64,000 bases of DNA from the NCBI GenBank assembly GCA_951406725.2, contig OX597819.1, forward strand, positions 106,516,001 through 106,580,000. The letters are read 5' to 3'. Both the position numbers and the translations under genes were made by a program. Below the pieces are notes generated by a model that did no database searches, was not told the DNA's origin, and saw only the letters and a list, made by a program, of their open reading frames with translations. The stretch is from Octopus vulgaris. Lineage: Eukaryota. This document shows, piece after piece, positions 51,826-64,000 of this stretch (position 1 is the stretch's first letter; every line of letters begins with the position of its first letter).

Positions 51826-52282
51826 CATTTGCAAAGTCATAGAACGAATAGTCATATGGAAAGCAATCACCTACCTAGAGGAAAATAACTGCTGAGTGAC
51901 ACCCAACATGATTTCTGAGCAAGAAGAAGCTGCCTGACTCAGCTCTTACAACTCTATGACTGGGTGTTGAAACAACTGCTCAATAACTGAAATGTGGATG
52001 TGATATATCTCGACTTTGCAAATGATTTCGATACAGTCGATCATGGAATATGTCACAAACTGCATGATCTCGGCATAGTCGGCAAATGAGGAGAATGGCT
52101 GTATGACTTCCTGAACGATAGAAATCAAGTAGCAGTAGCCAATAGAGTCACTTCCATTGATACGCAAATAGTAAGTGGTGTTCCGCAGGGCACTGTTCAT
52201 AATGGCCCTCTCAGATAACCCTGCGCCACACAGAGAGCCCACGATCACAAGTTATGCAGACGTTACAAAAGTTTCAAAGAGA
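51826..52282 (+). mobile_element. CR1-group LINE RT fragment, degenerate
   Basis: Motifs CKVIERIV..YLEENN, SDTQHDF*ARRSCLTQLL, NVDVIYLDFANDFDTVDHG, EWLYDFLNDRNQVAVAN, VSGVPQGT, LFIMALSD, SYADVTKV. Confidence 0.8.
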
Positions 52283-52424
52283 CATGGTCGATGCTTCCTA
52301 GGGCTAAACAGCGGTGAGGTAATTCCCTTACGGGACTGTCACGTTATGTTCACAGTATACAACCACTCTCTCTCTCTCTACATAGATATACGTATGTATG
52401 TATGTATGAATGTATGTATGTATG

Positions 52425-52440
<16 letters not shown>

Positions 52441-52455
<15 letters not shown>

Positions 52456-52470
52456 GTATATAGTAAGCCT

Positions 52471-52522
<52 letters not shown>

Positions 52523-52714
52523 AACAGAGACAGAAGCAGAGAGAGATTAAAATGTATAGGCTATTGAAGTGAAATGTGAAAGTCGGAATATGCCAATTAG
52601 CAGCACATCACCACTGAAACATCTGGTATTCATAATATGCATCAGTGAAACTTTCTTATGGTACGCCACTTAAAAATTTCGCGAGATATTCCGAAAAGGA
52701 CTAGAATCGAATTA
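52441..52714 (+). repeat. Left arm of long inverted repeat (partner 55897-56170)
   Basis: ACAAACAGAGACAGAAGCAGAGAGAGATTAAAATGTATA..GTGAAATGTGAAAGTCGGAATATGCCAATTAGCAGC..GATATTCCGAAAAGGA..GAATCGAATTA, inverted at 55897-56170. Confidence 0.9.
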
Positions 52715-52872
52715 TTTAAAGTTTTTTTATCAGAAGCCATCAGCTGATAGTTGTCATGTTCTTTATCACGATCAAAATGTATCGTTTGAAAAACCATCTT
52801 TTCAATAACATTATTTTGCCGAAATTGTATTGTACTACTCTCGAATTACTTTTTGAATAATATAGAGATAGG

Positions 52873-53382
<510 letters not shown>

Positions 53383-53694
53383 AGTGCAAGATTATTTTAT
53401 TGAATCTGTGAAGTATGTTGAGGTGTATATTTTCCACGGACTTCTCCTCCAGATATTCAATACAGGAATAGTAGATTAATGATTGTATATTAATAATTAT
53501 TATCTTCATTGCTACATTGCATTGTTCGCGGTGCAGTAGAGTTCATTTAGCTTTAGACGTTTTCGGGAACATCATTCACATGAAGAAAACTTATCTATCC
53601 TACTGGTAAAACCAAAACCAACTGGAATATATATTTTTATGTATTATTGTGATGCCGTGTGTATGATTGCATGGATTTTCCGCTTCCGCTTATA

Positions 53695-54035
<341 letters not shown>

Positions 54036-54440
54036 TACTCCCACACACGCATGCACATATAAAAACATACAAATACGTGTGTTTGTGTGTGTGTGCGTAA
54101 CAGTGAGTGTGTGCTCGTGCTTGTTTTGTATTTTTTGTTTATAATCAATGGATATATGCGCCTACATGGGTTTGTAATTAACACACAGCTTTGTTCTTAA
54201 TACTTATTTCAACTCGTTTGAAACCGAATTACTTTTCACAGAGTGTGTTCAAAATTAGTTTCAAATTAATTAGAAGTATGTCAATCATTTAGTTTAGTTG
54301 TCTAAACGATATCTTCCTGAAGGCAAAAGAAGAAACTGAACGAATATCAATATATCATAGCGAAGATACACGTACTATTATAAGGACATACACGCACACT
54401 CTCACACACACGCGTGCGCACATGCACGCGCGCGCGCACA

Positions 54441-54482
<42 letters not shown>

Positions 54483-54597
54483 CACACACACAATTGTAGA
54501 TTAAAACTGCCATCGGTTTCATGATAGTGGAGCGCTTCGCAATTATCAAAGCGATCACACGATACGTTGCTGATATTCTACATGATAGGTTCGTGAT

Positions 54598-54663
54598 AAT
54601 ATATATCTGCATATATATATATATATATATATATACGCATATATATATATATATTTATGTATG

Positions 54664-54706
<43 letters not shown>

Positions 54707-54720
54707 TATGTATGTATGTG

Positions 54721-54790
<70 letters not shown>
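54598..54790. repeat. Imperfect (TA)n
   Basis: Direct. Confidence 0.95.
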
Positions 54791-54792
<2 letters not shown>

Positions 54793-55896
54793 ATGTGTCC
54801 CGAGAGAATTGAGATACATGTAACCAGGATAGAGTTATATAAGTACTATCGATCCGCACTACCAAATCAGATGTGTTGAGCAGTTGATACACACATGCAC
54901 GCTCTTTACTCTCTCCTTATCTTAACATTTGCCCACTCGCATATATTATTTCTTCACACATATTTCTTTTCTGTACTATCTCTCTTGTATATGTGTGCGT
55001 GTGTGTGCTCGAGAGCGATTTATGTATTGTGTGAAACAATACATAAATTAGAAGGTGATCCTCTAGAGTATCTTTGGGTTGTTCACGGCTTGAAAATTTA
55101 AGTTCTACATTAAGATTTCCACCGTACATACTCATTAAACTAAGGCTACAATTCTTCGCTCCGTTCCTAAGTATCTCTGCTTAATGAAAAACTCGTTTAA
55201 AACTCCATCACTAGAATTATACCATCTTCAATACATGGAAAACACTATTAAACTTCCAAAATATTTTGAGACTCCAGAAAACAAAGGAAAATCCATAAAC
55301 AGACAAAGGTTTTTGGATATGAAAAAGCTCTCTTGTCGAGAAATTCATCGTCATTCACCATTTTATTTCATATTTTAACAGAACTTTAATGAATTTTAGA
55401 CATGAAGACATATACACAGATTCTATACGGAGTTTATAATGGATAAGATTAGATAGAAACCATTGACTCGGCTTCTATCGTTTCCAGGGCTTCCATCATC
55501 CAACATATAATCCTTTCAGACCGCTCTTCTGTATTTATATTTTCAATCCGCCACATTCTTCGTTCGATTGAAAGTCCGGAATTTCGATACTCAGCTAGGT
55601 AATCTAGTATTATCTAAGATATAAACACGAACACTCATTCGCACATAAAAACATAGACACAGACACAAGTGTATCACGTGGTTAGATAAATCCCTTATAC
55701 AACGCTATTAGTGAAGGCTACCTTACAAAATATTATCATTGGGTTACGCAAATATCTCTGAATGGGTCGAGTATATTTCGACAAATGAACTACAGTTTCA
55801 TGATTGGAACAATGTTTGCGAGTTGCTCCATAAAAGAGGTTGTTGCCCTTGCTGACTGTGAACATCTTTGATTATCGTTTATTTCAGTCATGAATA

Positions 55897-56170
55897 GTAA
55901 TTCGATTCCAATCCTTTTCGGAATATCTGGCGAAATTTTGAAGTGGCATACCATCAGAAAGTTTCACTAATGCAAATTATGAATACCAGATGTTTCAGTG
56001 GTGATGAGCTGCTAATTGGCATATTCCGACTTTCACATTTCACTTCAATACCGTATACATTTTAATCTCTCTCTGCTTCTGTCTCTGTTTGTCTAGCTCT
56101 CTTTCTCTCTCTCTCCCTCTCTCTCTCTCTCTCTGACTTACGCTTACTATATACATACATACATACATAC
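55897..56170 (-). repeat. Right arm of long inverted repeat (partner 52441-52714)
   Basis: Reverse complement of the left arm, with scattered substitutions. Confidence 0.9.
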
Positions 56171-57654
56171 ATATATTCATATATAATACATACATACATA
56201 TCATTATACTAACACGTACACGCTATACACAACAACCTACATACAGTACTATTCCAATGAGCTGGTAATTCAGACGATTGTCTAAGCGTGTACTAATTGC
56301 CGCCACCGCCGAGGTTCCTTTTATTCAATGCTATATTCACTGTCATTTATCTTAGTAAAACAAGTATCGAATTCTTTCCGGCCGTGTTCATCCTGTCTGT
56401 TTATGAACGACTACCACATCTTACGTATCCTTTACATTAGATGGACCTCCCTTCTTTTGCCTCTGTAAAGGTTTCTTATATACCGTATTATGATAAGAGT
56501 AGTACATAACATAATTGCTTCATTTTTTCATAACTGAGATAAAGATAAACAGCGCTTAAGACACATATAAGGCGTCTAAAATCGTTTATGGTTGGAGTAA
56601 GGAAGCAAAGTATGTCCGAAAGCGGAGCGCTGATCGTGATATTTGCAACAAAATGGACTGTTAAATGCACCATCACCTCCGTGAAAGAACTAAACTGGGC
56701 GACGGTCTACAGAAGCACGAAAAATATGGGAAAGTGGTCAACGCCAGACTAAACCAGAAAACACTGGACTAAGATAAAACAAACTAGAATTGGATCTGAA
56801 AATCTATCGTTGTGAAATGAAGTTCTTCAAATCGCTACCATGCCTCACTGCACCAATTTATGAGGTTAGAGCCAACGTGCGATAAAAATTAAGGGAAAGA
56901 GCTCTGTTAACTAGTTCTTTAGTAAAAACCAACACCAACAAAAGCACATTCTAAAGCAGTATTCCCAAACAGGTGACGAACAAACATGTTGCTGGCACTA
57001 AATATTGAAATATTGATGATAGGAATAACAAAGAAAGCTAGAATCTTTCGTATATTTTATCTAACATCAAATATATGACTTTATTTTTTTGTTGATAGAT
57101 ACAAGTTATGAATATGTTAATATGGAGATTTAAGCTTTATGTAGACACATATATCAAAGCTAGACTATCGTTGTATTCACCAGACACCTACACGTGCTCT
57201 CTCTAGCCTGTCTTTCTTTATTTAACATTTATGCAATATTGTAATGGGGTGAAAATATTATCCAATATCAATATATCAATATATTGTAGAAATATATTAT
57301 TTATCGTGCATTTACAATGATTACATAAAATTTCGGTACATTATTTGAGTGTGCAAACAACATATTAATGAAAAGAGTGAGAAATCAATTAACTATCTCA
57401 ACAATTCTATGCAGTTCTTGGTTCGATTCTACTATACACCATTTTAGACGATAAAATTAATACCACTGACTTAGTTCACTGACTGTGACGCAAAATTAGT
57501 AAATAAAAAATTTGGAAAAGCGTGTGTGTCGGGGTAGAGGTGCAAGGGTTTGAAAGTTCTTTTCTCTTTATCTGAAATCTTCCTGTAATGAAGGAGTTTC
57601 ATTACGGGAAGCTCTTTGGGGATTGTATGAGATGTCATCAGGAAAAGAAAGTTT

Positions 57655-57888
57655 CTTATTTCTTTACTGCCCACAAGGGGCAACACACAGAGGAGACAAA
57701 CAAGGACGGACAAACGGATTAAGTCGATTATATCGACCTCAGTGCGTAACTGGTACATAATTTATCGACCCCGAAAGGATGAAAGGCAAAGTCGACCTCG
57801 GTGGAATTTTAACTCAGAACGTCGCGGCAGACGAAATACCACTACACATTTCGCCCGGAGTGCTAACGTTTCTGCCAGCTCGCCGCCT
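57655..57888 (-). mobile_element. SINE family C, full length
   Basis: Minus strand GGCGGCGAGCTGGCAGAAACGTTAGCACTCCGGGCGAAATG...GTTCTGAGTTAAAATTCCACCGAGGTCGACTTTGCCTTTCATCCTTTCGGGGTCGATAAATTATGTACCAG...GCCCCTTGTGGGCAGTAAAGAAATAAG. Confidence 0.88.
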
Positions 57889-58029
57889 TCAAGAATGTTT
57901 CTTGAGGAGCTCGCTGCCGACACTTAGGTTGTTTTTCACTTCACTTTCTATCATTAAATTTATGTATCTATATTTGCAAGTGCTATGTCTGAATGAAGCT
58001 ATTCATTGGAAGGCTGACTACAGAGAGAG

Positions 58030-58350
58030 CAAGTGTCTATCTCTTACATACTTTCTTAGGTAGAACCTGTCGTTAACGCTAATCGATGTCAAGATCTTGC
58101 AGGTGTTAATTACTACGGAATGGATATCCTTTACATACCACTCAAAAATCCCAAAAGTAATTTGCATCGTGAAATATTGCCTTGCGACTGCCATAGTTTT
58201 CTAATATGGTGTAAATTTCTCGGATCGTTCAGCGTTATATACAGCACTTTCGTTTATGTTTTTATCAATGCCTAAGTAATTGTAGCATTCTTTGTGTGGA
58301 ACAGAAGGGATAGAGAAACTCTTGCTGCACAGGTATTTGGTTTGGGTTAT
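58030..58350 (-). mobile_element. Old R4-like LINE RT remnant
   Basis: Minus strand ECYNYLGIDKN and ITFGIFEWYVKDIHSVVINTCKILT..DRFYLRK resemble the post-RT region of the R4/Dong copy (YKxLGI..W....D.KTRK.LT..DRLY). Confidence 0.45.
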
Positions 58351-60669
58351 TGCTTTCTCAAGTTTGCCAGTCAAATACTAACATTACTTTCAGCCAAGTT
58401 CTACGCCCACTGAAGATATGGCAGGCAAGATATGGCCTATCTTGCATCGTCCCTATTATTCATTCTTCGATGGCAAGGATTATTAGCTTCAGTAGGGGCA
58501 ACAATACGTGTAGGGATGTCTTTGGGATGATAAGGAGTGAATTGCAACTGTACGAATGCAGAAATTTATATTATGAAACCGCAATGAGAGAATGAATCTC
58601 TCCGATATCGTCGTAGAATTTCCAACCAACTTTTTATAAAAACACAGTAAACCGTCTTAAAATAGAACACAATGGCCTTATAGAGCGCCTGCGAACTAAA
58701 AGATGCGCATCGTCGTCTGAACTGCATTTGATCATATTCTCCTTCAACTGTGTTCCCTTGGGATTAATCAACGACAATGAGGAAAACAGAATGTGTTTAT
58801 TTGTTGATCTTTTACATAGGGACTGACTTTAAGCTAAACAAGTAATTTTAAAGGAAGATTGGAGAATCTAATCAGAGATAAACAAATAAAATGTATGGGT
58901 TTGGCTGGTGGGCATTTTAATCACAGAAATGCTTGATCGAATATGACTTAGGGTTATATAACAATCACAATATTATGAAAAATTAGAAAACTAAATTCCA
59001 GCTTATATTTAAAGAGTTATTTGTAAGTTATGAATGAAATATAATAAAAACGATAATATACTTAGTAACTTGTTTAAATCTCTAGAGATTTATTCTATTG
59101 TAAAATGTATTTTGAATATCTGTCAAAATGTATTTTCGAAGATTATGTAATTTGAAGACGGTACGTCAGCAGAGTGGTAGCTGCTCTGGCTTAAGAGATA
59201 GAGAACTAAAGAACTGCAATATAAACGAAGTTTTAGCATTGGCATTCTAAAAATAGCAAACATATTTCTTGAAATTCACAACGTACTCAACATGTTTGAG
59301 AACGTTTTCGATAATGCAAGCTTAGATACATGCCACAAGAAAACAGCAGCTGGCTTCGCGTGTGTTTTTTATGACAGACTTAGAACAAGGTTTACTCAAC
59401 GCCAATATCGAATATAAAGCATTACATCCTCTGCGAATATATTCACAAACACTCACTCATTCTGACCCAGGTAAGATACATTCACACAGATACATACGCA
59501 CACACATACACACACACACATGCACACGCTCACGTGTACGAAAACACACCACCAACACACTGACACACACTCACATAGACACACACGACTACACATCCAC
59601 ACATAACTGGATTCTTTGTCGTTTTCGACAATGATTATTGCAATGTTCGATCACTTGAAATATTCCCATCATTGAATTAATGAATAAATCGCTGAATACT
59701 TTTGACTTAATCGGAATTTCTTACGCTGAAAGAGCACGGCGCATTGTCATACAAAATTGGACATTTGACAAACAGGTATTTTCAAGACGATGAACTTCCT
59801 ATAATCAGTTTTACTCACAAGGTCTGGAGCGATGTTAGATATGTCAAGAGCAATTGTCATAGGGCCACTCATTTGTATTGAAACCAAAAATTAATTACTG
59901 CTAATTAATTACTTCTTATGTACTCAAACTTACCGATGTTCATATGAAATTATTCAGATGCACCTAAGTTTAATACAGTCTATTACAGCTGTTAGTTTCA
60001 CCCTCGGATATCTCTTCGGTTAAAGTTGGGTAAGATCATTAATACAGCTTTTTCTTACATCGTAAGAGAGGAAAGAAAAACTGCTGCACATCGGTAGCAA
60101 ATTAATGGATTTGTAATCTGTATTACTTACCTATTGAATTTGGGGGAGTTTATTTGTACTTGGGCATTGATTTTGGTCGCTCGTATGTGTCAATGTCTGC
60201 CAATATACATCTGTGATCTGATCTGTGTTGGTGTGTATATGCTCAAGTGTATTTGTGTGTTTATGTTTGTATTTATCAACGTCGATTCATTACGTTCGCA
60301 GAACCTACACATTTCTTGAAAAGATGTATACATGTAAACATACATACACATGAGAGGATGTACACGCATAAGAGGACCTCACAAAAACATGAGGATAATT
60401 TAATATAACCTGTACACACTTATATAATCATTTTACTTGACACTTTGATGCACATGTTCCGTATAATATACGTATAATATACATCCATGCACTTACATAC
60501 AACAATACTCTTTCAACAGAAGCAGACAAAAATACAAGTGTGCATACACACACACCGGCTCATCAACCACGTATATATACACGATATCTCTATAAAGAGA
60601 TATCGCAAATATAATATGCCTACGATCTGCTTCGACATTAAATATTGATTGATCATCTGCATTTTTTAC

Positions 60670-61005
60670 CACGGATGTAGTGTGAATGTGGCTGAGAATT
60701 CCACAGAGACGTGTCCTTAACGTAATGTTCTGGTGAAATTAATATGATGTAGTGTATAAAAGTTTGTACTTTTGAATTGTACAAACAGTGCACATACGAC
60801 AGGCTTCCACACAATTACACTCTATCCGTTTTTTTCTCACAAATCTGTGCGTCATAATTGCAATACAATTCTGCCATATCTGGGTCCATATAAAAATACA
60901 CGTCTACATACAAAAACACATGACCATATACGAATTGTAGCAAATAGAGCATCCCCTGGAATCACATGGGTTTCAAATTGAAACCATTAATTTATACAAA
61001 GCGGT
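60670..61005 (-). mobile_element. Old degenerate SINE combining family A-like 5' part and family B-like 3' part
   Basis: GTGGCTGAGAATTCCACAGAGACGTGTCCTTAACGTA (B-like) directly followed by TACGACAGGCTTC..CTCACAA (A-like). Confidence 0.5.
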
Positions 61006-62190
61006 AATTTGTGATTGGCAAAAACACACGTCATATCGCATTAAAACTGCAGGACGTAATGAGGCAAACATACACTTTAACCATAATTGGAGAAGAATTA
61101 GGAATTAAAATTTCGTTATGATTACGAGTCCAGAACACCGCAGTTTTGGCAAGTGTTATGCATAATTAAAAACATAGAGACAGACAGAGAGTTACATCAG
61201 CAGGTTAACTCTATGTTCACAATATTCACTCTTAAATATATATAATGTATAGAAGGAGAAAATTACTTGGATTTTGGTCAGTAAAATTGTAAGCATCCAA
61301 GTTAAGATATGTTGCGTAGCTATCATTATATAAAATAATTTCTTCATGCATAAAGACGCTCATATCTGACAAGTAAAATTGCTGGATAGAAAATGAAGAA
61401 TTAATTATCCATAATTTAAACAAGATAAAAAGACGAAAACAAAGAGACAGATAAAGTAAAGATAAATTAAAGATTGAATAACCAAAATATATAAAAAATA
61501 TAATCTAATGATTTAAAAGTTGTGTAAGCTGGGGATAAAAGAGATAACGAATTGAAGATGCTCTAGAATTCATGGATGAAAGGTTACAGACAGGGAGGTC
61601 AAACCAATGCCAAGAGATTGTGTTTAACAACAATAAACTTTTATAGGAAGTCAGCAAGGTCACAAAATAAAACATGACAAAAAGCATTTGAACTTTTTAA
61701 GATTTTAATCACACACCAGCCGCACCGCAATAGGCTTATCAGCTGTATGTATGTGTGTGTGTGCATGTGTATGTGTGTGTGTATAACAGATAAATACAGG
61801 CATATCAATAGCAAACAACATAAATTCTTGGCTTATTAAAATTATCTCCATTTGTAGATGGTTAAAGTTATCCAATGGCAACTGAGACCACCTTCATATG
61901 AAAAAGGAAGATGATGTCGAGATTCAGGTATACTCCAAAAAAGAGATGACGTTATGGAAAAGTTAGAAAATATTGTCTGATGATAAGAGAACAAGCGTGG
62001 ACACTTGAACAAACGTTTTTGCAAAGATTTTAGTGCAGATAAAACCAAGACACGATGTATGTGCTATAAATGACATTGAATGTTGAAATATCAGTAGCCC
62101 TGAAATTTTCCTCATACTTTGTATTGTAAGTTTGGGCATATCTGAGTGTGTGTTGTGCGTGTGTGTGTATGTGTATATCTTTCTGATCTG

Positions 62191-62411
62191 TACAAGTGCG
62201 TGTTGAAAAGTTCCTGGCTCTGTGTAAAAGAAAATACACGAGGATCAGTTAAATATGGTTTTATTCAACATATTCCCGTCTCAGATTCACACGCTTACTG
62301 TAGTGGTCCTTCAGATTTTCTACGCACTGTAAAAAAAATCTGAAATTTGGGTCTCAAACCAGGCTTTTTATGATACTCTTAAAGCCAGAAACTTTTCACT
62401 ACCTCCTAGTA
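62191..62411. mobile_element. Mariner-derived MITE / internally deleted mariner
   Basis: TA-CAAGTGCGTGTTGAAAAGTTCCTGGCT ... AGCCAGAAACTTTTCACTACCTCCTAG-TA: imperfect ~28-bp TIRs with TA ends. Interior resembles a mariner 3' end on the minus strand (KRVNLRREYVE*). Confidence 0.7.
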
Positions 62412-62961
62412 AGTGTCTATACTACGACAATTTTGAATATCTTAATGTTTATTTGTATCATATTCGGATGAAGAGTAAAGGTGCATCACCTTTTATAAGA
62501 CGTCCAGGAAGACAAGAAGCCATGGCCCAATGTTTACTGGAATAGATAGTGTTGAAGTAGACATGTACTGGGAAACCGGACTGAATTAAAAGGCAGCTGA
62601 ACTATTTTTCAACACTTAGATGATTTTATTCTACTCAAAACAAGCCTTCTTCGCATATCACTTCCCTACTCCAATTTTTACTCAAATATTTTAAAGTATT
62701 TCGTAAATTCTTCGACTTCAATTTTAAGAAAAGGCGATGTTTGTTGCTTAATAACAAGTTCTAATCAAAAACATTTCAGCTACATGTATCTCCTCGTTTT
62801 TCCTTTATTTTTATTTGTAAAGATACAATATATCAAAGACATATCACATAAACACAGCCTGATCAACTTTTATCAGTTGTCCTTCGTCTTTTTAAATCAG
62901 CAGAGTAGAATTTGGGAGAAATTTGTATGCTATTTCCTAAAAGATCTTTCTTTGAGAAAGA

Positions 62962-63075
62962 ATTTACATGCAATTTCTTGAATTGAGCAAGATATATTTA
63001 CTATTTAATGTAGGATGCAATTTCAGTATATTTGTAACCTACGTAGACTAGGTGCAGCGAGCTTTCTCGTGGATT

Positions 63076-63134
<59 letters not shown>

Positions 63135-63257
63135 ATAAATGAGAGAGCTAGCTGCTAAATGCTCGCTTCACCTACGCTATGTAGATTACAAATATACTGA
63201 AATTGCATCCTACATTAAATGGCAAATCTTGCTCAATTCAAGAAATTATACGTAAAT
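62962..63257. mobile_element. Foldback/MITE-like hairpin, ~100-bp arms around (TA)n
   Basis: 62962-63062 (ATTTCTTGAATTGAGCAAGAT..TTTAATGTAGGATGCAATTTCAGTATATTTGTAA..TAGGTGCAGCGAGC) inverted at 63161-63257. Confidence 0.75.
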
Positions 63258-63456
63258 CTGTGTGTGTGTGTGTGTTAAATAGCTTTCGCATCATATGAAA
63301 AGCGTTACATGAAGAATAGGGAAACCTGTAAAACATACACCAACAGCAGCAGCAAGCATGTTGTATCGGTATGATGTGCTTTCTTCTATTTAGTGTAGTT
63401 TAAACCAACAGAGCAACTGAAAATTCCTCTCTACAAAATAAAAAAAAAATTAAAAA

Positions 63457-63618
63457 TTGGCTGTGTGGTAAGAAGTTTGCTTCCCAACAACATAGGTTCC
63501 GAGTTTAGTCTCACTGGGTGGCACATTGAGCAAGTATCTTCTACTATAACTCCGGGCCTTAATAAAGCCTTATGAGTGGATTTGATAGACGGAAACTGAA
63601 GGAAGCCTGTCGTATATA

Positions 63619-63666
<48 letters not shown>

Positions 63667-63843
63667 TGTATTTGTGTGTCTGTATTTGTCTCCCATCCAT
63701 CGCTTGACAACCGTGTGATTACGTCCCTGTAACTTAATGGTTCGGCAAAAGGGTTCGATAGAATAAGTGCTAGGCTTACAATAATAAGTCCTGGGGTTGA
63801 TTTGTTCGACCGAAGACAATCGACTGAAACAAGTAAAAGAATA
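63457..63843 (+). mobile_element. SINE family A, older divergent copy
   Basis: TGGCTGTGTGGTAAGAAGTTTGCTTCCCAAC..GAGTGGATTTGATAGACGGAAACTGAAGGAAGCCTGTCG..(TA)n..GACTGAAACAAGTAAAAGA. Confidence 0.85.
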
Positions 63844-64000
63844 ATAATTCTAGAAGTTTTCTTTAATATGCAATTTGCTAAACGCCTTTGGTTTTATTTT
63901 TTCTTTTGATTGTGTATTTGTGTTTCTGAATATTTGTTTGAGACGTTGTTTCTCGCCAGTTTGCGAAAATAAAAGGAAAAAGATTAATTGTTCATATTAA

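Overview
AT-rich, eukaryotic, almost entirely non-genic DNA. It is saturated with (TA)n/(CA)n/(TACA)n microsatellites and transposable elements. The SINE families and repeat landscape resemble what I recall of octopus/cephalopod genomes (inference, not a database result). No intact host gene, rRNA, tRNA gene or CRISPR array is supportable. DNA transposons: a full-length but disrupted mariner (TA TSD, TIRs), a full-length Chapaev3-type element (TTA TSD, CAC..GTG ends), maT (DD37D) and rosa-like remnants, a non-autonomous Helitron and several MITE-like hairpins. Retroelements: an R4/Dong LINE beside a (TAA)n tract, a near-complete CR1 ORF2, a second CR1-group family, Penelope and Tx1-like remnants, and at least four tRNA-derived SINE families. 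Most interesting signals: (1) minimal hammerhead-ribozyme-like cores in short microsatellite-flanked repeats; (2) a SINE and a CR1-group LINE sharing a 3' tail with compensatory stem-loop changes; (3) ~275-bp inverted arms bracketing 3.2 kb; (4) a 1.17-kb tandem duplication whose second copy looks like an assembly/polishing chimera; (5) a few weak candidate host exons. Family assignments come from motif recognition by eye and need Dfam/Repbase confirmation.
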